Positions 43,896 through 53,827 of a stretch of DNA of 64,000 nucleotides are shown in pieces. This stretch comes from Macrostomum lignano. Its lineage: Eukaryota. The stretch lies in the NCBI GenBank assembly GCA_002269645.1, contig NIVC01000166.1, positions 124,001 through 188,000 of the forward strand, written 5' to 3'. The position numbers were made by a program, and so were the translations under genes. The notes under the pieces are model-generated. The model did no database searches. It had not been told where the DNA came from and saw nothing but the letters and a program-made list of their open reading frames with translations. Positions within the stretch are counted from its first letter, which is position 1. Every line of letters starts with the position of its first letter.

Positions 43896-44538
43896 AGCAG
43901 ATAAAAGGGAACGTGACCATTTTAACCAACGTAAAGGCCACATGTTAAGTAATGTTGATCGTATTAACTATGATTATGATTTATATAGTAAAAAAGTAAG
44001 AAGAGTTTCAAATCATATCAGAAATATGGATTTTTTCAATATTGGATTTGGAAGTTTATCGATGTTATGTGTAATCGTTTTAGGTACTTTACAATCTATT
44101 CCAACTCTTAATTTATCTCAATTATTTTTAGGTATTTCAATTGGCTCAATATCAGGTTTTGAATTAATTAGAAGTTTATCAATACTTTTAGCAATTAAAT
44201 TATATCTTAAAAAAAGAAAGGAAAAATATAAATCATTAAGAGACGTTGCAAAACAATATAAAAATCAGTTATATTTATATGTGCAAAAAATATTGGATGA
44301 CGGAGAGATAAAAATTCACGAGTTATCAACCGCGGTTGAATTATATGAAAAATATTTAAAAGATCGAAATAGAATTTTAGATGTTGAAACTTTTACCGAT
44401 ATAGAATTAAAAGAATTACGTTTGGACAAACCCAAAGCTCCACCTATAGATACATTAGGTATTTACGAACCTGAAACTATAACAATGGGTGTACAAAGCC
44501 CGCGGTCAGGAAGCGCTGTGGAACTTAATGTTGTTTAA
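43882..44538 (+). CDS. Viral two-TM membrane protein (218 aa)
   Basis: Two hydrophobic segments flanked by basic helices. Confidence 0.6.
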   Translation: MSVSEADKRERDHFNQRKGHMLSNVDRINYDYDLYSKKVRRVSNHIRNMDFFNIGFGSLSMLCVIVLGTLQSIPTLNLSQLFLGISIGSISGFELIRSLSILLAIKLYLKKRKEKYKSLRDVAKQYKNQLYLYVQKILDDGEIKIHELSTAVELYEKYLKDRNRILDVETFTDIELKELRLDKPKAPPIDTLGIYEPETITMGVQSPRSGSAVELNVV

Positions 44539-45047
44539 TCATGAATTGTCATGTGTACAAAGTACAATTTATTTAATGCATACGTTATATATTCTTCCCA
44601 AAGTGGTAAATCTCTTTTAATTCTAGGTTTAAATTTTTTATCAATACATAAAAATTCCAATGACTTTTTCAGTAACATTTCGTTAGGTATGTTACCTATC
44701 CTTATAAACTTTGTATTCTCTCGCATAAGAAAATTAAAATAATATCCAACTAAAATTAAAATCCTTTCGGAGTCTTTCGAACTTAATCCCTTTCCTTCAT
44801 TTAAATGGAAAAAGTTGTTATATAAATAAACATTATTTCCGGGTATTAAAATTGGATCAGATATGTCTCTTGTAAGATTTCTTAAAATTGTGTTTTTAAA
44901 ATAGTAATATGAGTTTTCAATCTTTTTTGTTTTTTCAAATTGATATATTTTAGAACATGAATAACACATATGATATATATCTCCGTTTGCTGTTTGAGCT
45001 CTATGCATAGTCACATTACATTTTTTACATACATAAATGTCTTTCAT
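44535..45047 (-). CDS. Zn-finger protein (CxxC…CxxC), possible transcription factor
   Basis: CKKC…CYSC at the N-terminus. Any relation to poxvirus VLTF3 is only a guess. Confidence 0.5.
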   Translation of the reverse strand: MKDIYVCKKCNVTMHRAQTANGDIYHMCYSCSKIYQFEKTKKIENSYYYFKNTILRNLTRDISDPILIPGNNVYLYNNFFHLNEGKGLSSKDSERILILVGYYFNFLMRENTKFIRIGNIPNEMLLKKSLEFLCIDKKFKPRIKRDLPLWEEYITYALNKLYFVHMTIHD

Positions 45048-45075
45048 TTTTTTTGTTATTTTTTTAGATTAAAAA

Positions 45076-45408
45076 ATGGAGAGCTGGTTCAAAACCGATT
45101 CTAATGTGATTAATTATCTCACAACAAATATGTTGGAGAATAAAGAATATAATATTATATGTTTGAGACAGGTTAAATTTATTGGACTTCAATCGATATT
45201 TTTACAATTAGATGGTCAAACAATACTATGTCTAAGTGGGAATGATGTTAAAAATTTTCCAGTTTTAGTTATTAATAAACCTAAAGCATTCATTATAAAA
45301 TACAGCACCGAGGGTGGGTTGCAATTTAAACTAAAACAAACAAATAATAAAAAGAGTGACAGGACTGTAAAATTGGCTTCCGTTTGGGAGGCTGACGAAG
45401 ATGACTAA
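45076..45408 (+). CDS. Viral hypothetical protein (110 aa)
   Basis: ORF with TAAAAAATG context. Confidence 0.55.
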   Translation: MESWFKTDSNVINYLTTNMLENKEYNIICLRQVKFIGLQSIFLQLDGQTILCLSGNDVKNFPVLVINKPKAFIIKYSTEGGLQFKLKQTNNKKSDRTVKLASVWEADEDD

Positions 45409-45685
45409 ATTTTTTTATAAGAAAATGGAGACAATAAAAATCCTTATCACTAAAGAGCGTGAACTTAATGATATTAATAAAAAAATAAATATAATGTTTT
45501 ATAGTGATTATGGGGACGACATGTTTCCCATTCGATATGAGTTGGATAAAAAAATGCGTTTTATAAAAGCTGCGATTGCTTATGCTGAAACAGTAATTGA
45601 AATTGAAATAGATAGATTGGTTAGACGAATAAAAGTACTTAGGAAAAAAAATAAAAGAATGTTTAAGTTACCCTGCCGACTGTGA
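45401..45685 (+). CDS. Viral hypothetical helical protein (94 aa)
   Basis: ORF overlapping the previous stop. Confidence 0.45.
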   Translation: MTKFFYKKMETIKILITKERELNDINKKINIMFYSDYGDDMFPIRYELDKKMRFIKAAIAYAETVIEIEIDRLVRRIKVLRKKNKRMFKLPCRL

Positions 45686-45749
45686 GGATAATTGGTGCTC
45701 AATAAAATATGAAATCGAATTGGATATTATGCTTAAACAATTACATGCT

Positions 45750-48700
45750 TTAGTTTTTTTCAAGCGCTAGTTCATCAATATCGAACTCAAAACAATTATA
45801 ATCAACATCAAATAGTAAACTGTTATAATATTCAATTGAATGTTCGTGTTGCGGTTTGTCATCAAAATAGTTTTTAAAGAATGGTTTCATAACTCCGTTT
45901 TTATCCGGTTTTTCTCTTTTAAATGTGTTTATCGTAGAAGTATATGTTTTTGATATGGTTGAACCGCTTTGAGGAATTATTATACCACCTTCAAACGTTC
46001 GTTTCCACGGAGCATTATTATTTACTTTTATTTTGACTGTCCATCATATAAAGTTTTAAACGATGCAAAATTAATCTTATCATTTGCACATCCTTTAAAT
46101 GTTTTTTTCTCTTCCATAATAAAATCATCTTTCAACAAAAGACAATATTTAATTTTAGGAGCGATAAAATATCCGAATATAATTCCACCCTCTCCATAAT
46201 CGTTTTTTCCTTGACTTAAATTATTTCCAACATGACCGTTTTTATTTAATGTGTCCCAATGTTTTTTATGTATATATAACGAATCCGTATCGCCGTAATA
46301 AATTTCTGGAGTCTTTGAACCATCTATAGAGGCGATAAAATTATTCATTATCCTTCTTGAATGAGCTAAGATAAATATTCCTAATTGTGCCGGACAAAGA
46401 CCTGTTGTAGGATTATCATCCTCTTCTAGATATTCTTGTGTGTCTTTCTTTTTTTCAACATAATATAAATCGTCACATATTTTCTCATATGACTTAATTG
46501 TGTCATCGTATTCTGTTTTTAATGTATTCAAATTCCAGAGATGCGTTGTGAAAGTAATGTCTCTTTGAACCGTTTTACCATATAAGGAATTTAACAATGT
46601 TTTTACTAATTCAGAACCCGCCTCGTTATTTTCTTTTTTAAATACTTTTCTCATTTCAAAAAGGGTTGTAATATAATTCTGAAACGGAGAGAAATCGTAA
46701 TTTTTTTCATATATAATTCCACTATATATCTTTAATATTTTTCCACCCATTCTTACAATTTCTTGTATGTCTACGGAACATAAGGTGTCGATTACCTTTC
46801 CATTTCTAAACCTATTTAATGTTTTTGTTTCGTTTGCTTTTGTTTCCGGATTATAAAATTTCTCTTTATCTTTCGATGGGAGATGTTGAAGAAAAACGGT
46901 GGTAGGGTTCTCATACATAATCTTTAAAACCGCTGTTTTTGGTCGAAAGGTTTGTGAATTAAATTGTGTCAAAAAATCCTTTTCCTCGCTTATATCAAAA
47001 ACTCTGGCTGTTTCTGCTCTTGGATATTCACTATCCTTATCAGACATAGCAGATGGGTACAACGAGACTCCATCAAAATTCATTAAACAATCTGATACGG
47101 TACCCAATTGGTTTTTTAATTTAATTGCGATTTTCTTTTTTTCTTCCATATCGCTTTTGAGATAAGTTGATATAACCTCGCATGGGTCGCTTGTTGGTAT
47201 TTTTAAATGGTCTTTTACAACGTCTACAATTGTTTGAAAACAGTCACTTTCGTATTTATTTATTAGTGCAAATACTCTGCCTCCTTTGACTGCGTCCCTC
47301 ATAAACTTTCTTATATAAGGGTTGGTATGAGAGTGAACCGAAAATTCTTTTCTTAATAGTGTTTGATATTTTGCTTTATCAAGTTTGCTCAAGTCAAAAT
47401 AATCTTCGATTTTCAGAGGAGATATAATTTCTTCAACTTTTTTAATGTAATTACTTTTTTCTTTTGTCTTTAGGTATTGTTTCATTTTGTCTTCAACTCT
47501 AACAAAATCTTTAAACCAACATTTTAATGTTAAGCTCGAACATGTAAGAGCATCAAACATTGTCATTCCTCCAATTTCATATGCTATTTCATTATACTTA
47601 TGAATACAGGCACATAAAGAAATAAGATCAAATTGTAAATATTCATACCATTCATCCATGCGCTCTAGGTAGTCGTGTTCGGTAATGTCGTGAACCATTG
47701 ATGTCTTGCGCAAATCCTCTCTAATTGTCATTGATGAGCAAAACTTTTTTAAACTCATTGATGCGTGTTGATATGAACAAAGCATTGTAATGGTTTGTTT
47801 CGAATCCTTGTGATTCTTCTTCTTATCTTTGTTTATAAACGCACTAACCTCTTTTGACATATAATCGTTTACAAAAGTGATTGATAATATTCCTCTTGAG
47901 GTTTTAAGAATTTTAATTGGTTTTATATTACAAAATAGTGGTATGTATGAATCGAAGCGGGATGAGTTGTGTGCGATCAAAACAATCTTTTTTGACCTAA
48001 CTGTACCAAGGTATTTAAACATTTTTCTAACACAGTCAACCTTTGGTTGCGAACCTTCGGTACGATCGGACTCCATCCGCGAACCTTTGGTTCGATCCAT
48101 TTTATCTCCATCTGTTTGAAAATCACAACCGCGATCTGATATCAAGATCTTAGTTAGTTTCTTTATTGTTTCTGGGGTTTCGTTACAATTATTAGAAAAG
48201 TCGTTATAGTTTAAAAGACCAACTGCATACGGGCATGCTTGTTGATTATAATTTAAATATGTTTCAAAATCAAATATGTATACATTTGATTTATTGGGAT
48301 TTGTGGGTGTATTAAACATTTTTATCTCTTTAACATTTTCAGACGTTGGGTTTTTAAATACTACTTTATAATTGTTTTTTATCCGTTCAAGACCGATTCC
48401 TCGTTGTTTATTAGATATAAGACAATAATGACCAATGTGGTAATCGGGTGTGTGATAGTAATTTATTAATAACCAGTCGTGGTGAATCCCTCTTTGAGAC
48501 TTTGGTTCAATTCCACGATTATTAGGATTATACAGCCCTATATTAAGATTAAAATATTCGTTGAATTTTCCAATTCTTGAATTTGTCATTAATCCTCTTT
48601 GGGTTCTTGAGTCGTACAACCAACCACCATATTCGTCTTTGGATGGGGCTTTATCACCATAAATAAACTGAACACACTTGTAGAAACAATTTCCATCACT

Positions 48701-49180
48701 AGGTATGTAGCAGTACTCATCTTTATACTCTGCAATTTCACACATGACATTTGTGCCCATACCCTGCTTTGACCTTTCGTGTTTAAGTGTGATTTCGTTT
48801 GGTGTCATTTTAAGTCTTCCAGAAAACACACTTAAATTCATGTCGTAGTTTTCTACCAAATGCTTAAACCAAGCTTGAAATTGACTTATATTATAAAATG
48901 TTGCTAAGTATTGATTAATCTCTTCGCGATCATCTCCGGTTTTATTATAAAAATATTGTACCCTCGCATTAGTAATTTCAACACTATATCCGTTTGAAAG
49001 CTGGGTTTCAATAAAATCTAGGACATTCTGCATTGGTTCAAATCGATAAACCCTAATAAACTCATCTAATGATTTTTCATTCGATTTATTCTGCGCTTTC
49101 CGACGTATTTGTTTCTTTTGGTTTTTTTCTAATTCTGCTATTCTTTTTTCATATTCAGCCTTTTCTATTAAACGCTTCAT
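45750..49180 (-). CDS. polB: Protein-primed family B DNA polymerase; apparent 1-nt frameshift at ~46035 cuts off the last ~90 aa
   Basis: Exo motifs FDFET, HNSSRFD and LQFD; polymerase motifs DGVSLYPSAM, KTLLNSLYGK and YGDTDS. A second frame continues APWKRTFEGGIIIP… to a TAA at 45752-50. Confidence 0.93.
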
Positions 49181-49399
49181 TTAATATTCTGCCCTTATAT
49201 TATTTGCTAATGCGTTTATTTCCTGTTCTTGTCTTTCTCTTTCTCTCTGCCTTTCTCTCTGTCTTTCTCTTGCTCTTTGGCGGCGTTGTTGTCTTTGGCG
49301 CTGTTCAATTTGTTCAATCTGTCTTTGTAATCGATTGAACTGTTGGCGCTCATTTGCAAGAAGTTGTCGAATCTGATCTGGGGTCATTCTTTGTTCCAT
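49181..49399 (-). CDS. Small Arg/Gln/Glu-rich coiled-coil protein (72 aa)
   Basis: RQRERQRERER low-complexity helix; stop abuts the polB ATG. Confidence 0.55.
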   Translation of the reverse strand: MEQRMTPDQIRQLLANERQQFNRLQRQIEQIEQRQRQQRRQRARERQRERQRERERQEQEINALANNIRAEY

Positions 49400-49483
49400 T
49401 TTATAGAATAAAATTTATATAATGTTTGAATTATTGATTTTTTAATTTTGCGTTTTTAGTGTCCAGACCCTCCCCCCAGGAGC

Positions 49484-50458
49484 CTATTCGAAATCTGCTT
49501 TTGGTAATAGCAATCCATTTCCCATAACGTTTGAATTTAAGAAAATTCCTGAACCTGCTTTTGGTCGCATTTCGAGATATAATCCGCTTCCATCGTGTTT
49601 TTCAATGATGTTAAAATCTTTTCCTAAATTATTAAAAATCTTCTGAACTGCTGGCCTAAAATTAGCTCCAATATTATCAAAAAATCCTTTAGCTTTCTCA
49701 CCCGTTTTTTCTAAAGTTTGACCAAATTCCTGTAGTTTATCTGCGACAACTCCGCTTCCTTGGGTTGTTCCTTTTAGTACCAAACCGCTGCCATTTAACA
49801 GTAAACCTTTTCCGGCTGCTAACCTAGCTTCTGCATTTCTTTTTTGCTCTGCTGTTGCTGAACTACTATTAATGGTATCAATAAGTTTCTGTTTGAATTG
49901 TGCGTCCTGTGTTATTTGCTGTCTTTGAAATTCTGCATCTCGTTTAGCTTTTTCATCCGCAGCTTTTTTATCATTTACTGCTTTTGTGATTCCAGCTGCA
50001 CCCCCTGCTATTCCACCAGCTGCTCCTATTCCTGCAAAAATTATTGGTAATAAAGTTGCTAGTGGTAATATTCCTCCTTGTTTTGCTTTTAATTCTGCTA
50101 ACTGTTTTCGGTTATCATGAATTCTTTTACCTGCTAAACCGGCTGCTCCGGCTGCTCCGAGGCCTAAAAGAATTGGTAAAATAGGTAACAATCCACCGTC
50201 TTTTTTAGTGTGAGTCTCCAATAAAAATTTTACATCGGAGTCTGTCAGCCTATAATTTCTACCATGATTCTTAAAGGATATTGGCCTTCCTTCTTGTGCA
50301 TATTTTGCAGCAAGTTTAAATGTATCGATATCGTAGTCAAGTTTTTTACCTAAACGATCCAATCTTTTTAACATTGTGTGACTATGTTTATTATCGTCTA
50401 GATTTAAAGTGTCTACAATTTCTCCTATAAAATATAAGCGATCATTATCCGTATCCAT
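49484..50458 (-). CDS. Virion core / membrane-active precursor protein with repeated GG and GxGL motifs (324 aa)
   Basis: KKDGGLLPILPILLG and KQGGILPLATLLPIIFAGIGAAGG hydrophobic segments; repeated GKGL/GSGL/GSGI/GNGL. Confidence 0.65.
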   Translation of the reverse strand: MDTDNDRLYFIGEIVDTLNLDDNKHSHTMLKRLDRLGKKLDYDIDTFKLAAKYAQEGRPISFKNHGRNYRLTDSDVKFLLETHTKKDGGLLPILPILLGLGAAGAAGLAGKRIHDNRKQLAELKAKQGGILPLATLLPIIFAGIGAAGGIAGGAAGITKAVNDKKAADEKAKRDAEFQRQQITQDAQFKQKLIDTINSSSATAEQKRNAEARLAAGKGLLLNGSGLVLKGTTQGSGVVADKLQEFGQTLEKTGEKAKGFFDNIGANFRPAVQKIFNNLGKDFNIIEKHDGSGLYLEMRPKAGSGIFLNSNVMGNGLLLPKADFE

Positions 50459-50468
50459 TTTTATATTG

Positions 50469-50859
50469 TTAAAATTTTTTTAATCCTTTTCCGCCTTTAA
50501 TAGTGGTTAACATTTTATTAAAATCCTGAATATCTTTATTACTTATTGGCGTGGTTTTCGTGGGGGTTTCTGTTGGTTGTGCGGCTTGTGCCAGCTTTAA
50601 ATCTTTTATTGCATTTATTTGTGAGAGGGTGTCGTTAAAATCTCTCAATTTCTTTAGTTCTTCTGCCGCTCTAGTTGCTTCAATTCCTCCTTTTACAGCA
50701 TTTGTTATAGAACCTGCTGCGGAGCCTGCTTGCCCTATAAGACCCATATTGTCTTTAACAAAATTCGCTGCTGTTCCAACCACATCAAAAAGTCCCTCAC
50801 CTCGGTATTCAATTGGGTCTCCTACCTGCAATTCGTTCAGATTTTGCATATGAGTAACG
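50469..50859 (-). pseudogene. First gene inside the right TIR, split by the Gypsy insertion (true start ATG at 59471-59469)
   Basis: Removing the Gypsy and one TSD copy gives AAAAA-ATG ACA CAC GTT ACT CAT ATG CAA (MTHVTHMQ…), in frame with ORF 50849-50469. Confidence 0.8.
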
Positions 50860-51689
50860 TGTCACGTTATTGGCGTAGCGGCCAGCTATGCGGTGACCCT
50901 TAAAAGGGCCGTTTTAGTCCCAAAATAAGTTGAAGTCAATTCTTGTAAAGCGGATTTTGTAGCGGAGCACTTGGCGATAAAGGCAGGAACTGCCGTAGTT
51001 GTCTTTATTGTTAATATCAGTATTAAGTTTGGTTGTTACTGGCAATAAACAGACTATAGCTTTCTGGGCACTGGCGGCTGCAGCAATGGGTTGAATATAA
51101 TTTGGATATGAAGTCAAGTGGCAGGCGAATGACACAATGGCGACGTGACGTGAGCAGTGGCTATGATCACAGTGAATGCAGTGAAACGTAGTGGTGAGTT
51201 GGCGTCGGTCGTGGCGTGAAACAGTCAAGTAAGTGTGTGAGCAGGCTGGCCCAGACAGAAGGGCCGTGGTGAGAAATAAGGAGGCTCGAGGCAGCCAGAC
51301 AAACAGATAAGACAACTAAGAGGCCGCAGGGAAGGAAACAAGGGACAGGTGGAGGAGAGACGAAAAAGGGGTGAGGGGTGCCCGCCGCCAGGCGGGGGGT
51401 TTAATAAAAGAGCGCAGAGGGGGGTAGCGCGAGCACGAGTGATTTCATTGGCTGGCGAGAGAACTTAAAATTATCGATCGTGCCAATTTTATACGGTTGC
51501 GAGAGAGGATAGCAAAATATACAATGAATTATAAATTGCCACAAAATCGTTGGGCACTACTACAAGTAAACGTCGCAATAAACGAATGGAAAAGTTTAGT
51601 TGAAACGGTGAAACTGAAGGGTTGAATGACTATGGAGAACAGCAGTCCAACGGCCCTTTTCGGGACCACCTTAAACTGACAACGTCACA
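50860..51689 (-). repeat. 3' LTR (830 bp)
   Basis: Near-identical to 58631-59459 (one substitution and one G-run indel noticed). Confidence 0.95.
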
Positions 51690-51703
51690 CCCGCCTCCCT
51701 TCC
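51690..51703 (-). promoter_or_regulatory. Polypurine tract
   Basis: GGAAGGGAGGCGGG on the minus strand adjoining the 3' LTR. Confidence 0.85.
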
Positions 51704-52169
51704 GAAAAAGGATAGGGTCGCGCAAAAAGAAAACCAACACGCGGGGTGACGGCAAGAAAAACACAACGTGACCGCAGTTTATGAAATTATAGCAGAGTGA
51801 ATTACAGTGGGGTTGAGTCAGTTTGTATGAGCATATGATTACCGGACAAAATTACAAAGTTCCAAAGGCTACAGACTATTACGAGAACAGAACATTACAG
51901 GGCAGTAGAACACGGTGAGCACGAGCAATACAACATGGTGGTGTTACAAAAACATTACAAAATACAGCAATGGTTACGGAAAGTAGTGCACGACGGAGCG
52001 CGCGGCGCGCGCGAACACAAAAACGACAAAGGACGCGCAGAAGTGATACGATGGATGAGGCAAACACAGAACAAGGATGACAGATGGATGAGGCAAAGGA
52101 TGCAGAGCAGAGGCACGGCACAGAGACACAGTCCGGACAACTGCGGGCAAACGACGCCAAGCGTCAAGG

Positions 52170-52580
52170 GCGGCGGGACACGGCGCGGCGCGCCAAGGCG
52201 GAGAACGGCGCAGCGCGCCAGGCGGAGACGCGGCGCAGCGCGCCAAGGCAAAGAACGGCGCAGCGCGCCAAGGCAGGAAACGGCGCAGCGCGCCAAGGCA
52301 GGAGAACGGCGCGGCGCGCCAGGCGGAGAACGGCGCAGCGCGCCAAGGCGGGAAACGGCGCCACGCGCCAAGGCAGGAAACGGCGACAGGGCGCCACGGC
52401 AGGGAACGGCGCCACGCGCCAAGGCAGAGAACGGCGCCACGCGCCAGGCAGAGGATGGCGCTACGCGCCAAGGCAGAGGATGGCGCTACGCGCCAAAGGC
52501 AGAGGACGGCGCTACGCGCCAAGGCAGAGGACGGCGCAGCGCGCCAGGCGGAGGACGGCGCTACGCGCCAAAGGCAGAGA
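52170..52580. repeat. GC/CpG-rich minisatellite in the Gypsy 3' UTR
   Basis: ACGGCGC(AG/TA/CA)CGCGCCAAGGC units. Confidence 0.85.
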
Positions 52581-53587
52581 GAGCGTGCGTGCGGTGCGGT
52601 GTGTGTGTGTGTAGTGCTTACTTTTACCCCACAAGTATTATATCTACCTAGTGTTTATGGAATTTGCGAAATTTAATGATCAATTGCAGTTGATTTTTGA
52701 AGTAAACGACGCTGACCTGATCAGCCAGCTGCGCAGCGTTACGCTGCACTCGTCAATGAGCTGACCAGGGTCGCGCTGCACTGAGCTAGCTATGTTCCTA
52801 TATGCATTTTTTCGAGTTTTCAATGGTTGCTTTTTCAGTTTTTATTTTCCTTTTTGAGTTATTTATGCGTTTCACTAGTCGCCAGTAGTTATGCTTTAAT
52901 TACTAACCGTATATTGCACATTATATGGTTTCGGGGTATTACTATTAGCGTCAGGGATGACGCACTTATTCATTTCATCGACTTTGGCAACACCGAACGG
53001 GTGCCATTGCTATCAATTATTTAAATCATTTTTGCCATTGCTATAATGTTTATACGTGCCCTAGTGTATTTTATCGATTATGGCAACGCCGATGCAGGCA
53101 GAGGACGTCTACAGAATATTTTGACAACTGTTATATTTATAGTATTCATCTCGTAATCATTTTTCGACCAATATATGCATTATTTTATGCCATATTTATG
53201 CATTAATTTTTTAGTTTACTTTTGAATATTTGAGCTAAGGCTAATGTCTTATCTACTATTTGTTTCTAGCGCCGTAGTGTATTCTATAGACTACGGCAAC
53301 GCCGACCAGGTGCAGTCGGAGTTGGGTGCTGCGATATTATATATATTCTTGCGTTAGAACAATATAGTATTTATACTGTCGGCATATTATGCTAATTCTG
53401 CTAGTGTTTTATTTTTATTTTATTTATTTTAGTTAGCTATATAAATTATCAAATTGCAATGTCGCTGCAGTTTATCCCCTTGACTACGGTGGTTGGCTGT
53501 TGGCTGGTACAGCTGTGGAAGTTGTGCACACTAGTATCTGGCAGTGAGTAACAGCTGTGGCTTGTGTTTTGTGGCTTGCGGCTGGCA

Positions 53588-53815
53588 GATGCCGCAGGGA
53601 CCTGTGACCAACAGGTGCCACAGGAGGTAGTTTAACGCCTTGCCCGGGGCGTGAGCTTGCGGTCTACAGGTGCCGCAGAGACCTGTGGCTGACAGGTGCC
53701 ACAGGAGGTAGTTTTACGCCTTGCCCGGGGCGTGAGCTTGCGGTCTACAGGTGCCGCAGAGACCTGTGGCTGACAGGTGCCACAGGAGGTAGTTTTACGC
53801 CTTGCCCGGGGCGTG
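53588..53815. repeat. 81-bp tandem repeat x~3 just downstream of pol
   Basis: CAGGTGCCACAGGAGGTAG recurs at 53612, 53693 and 53774. Confidence 0.85.
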
Positions 53816-53827
53816 AAAAACTGGCGG

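Noticed and set aside
50914-51315. 133-aa ORF inside both LTRs (also 58685-59086)
   Set aside because: It is identical only because the LTRs are duplicates. The diverged LTR at 1394-2225 does not keep the same frame and no domain is recognisable.
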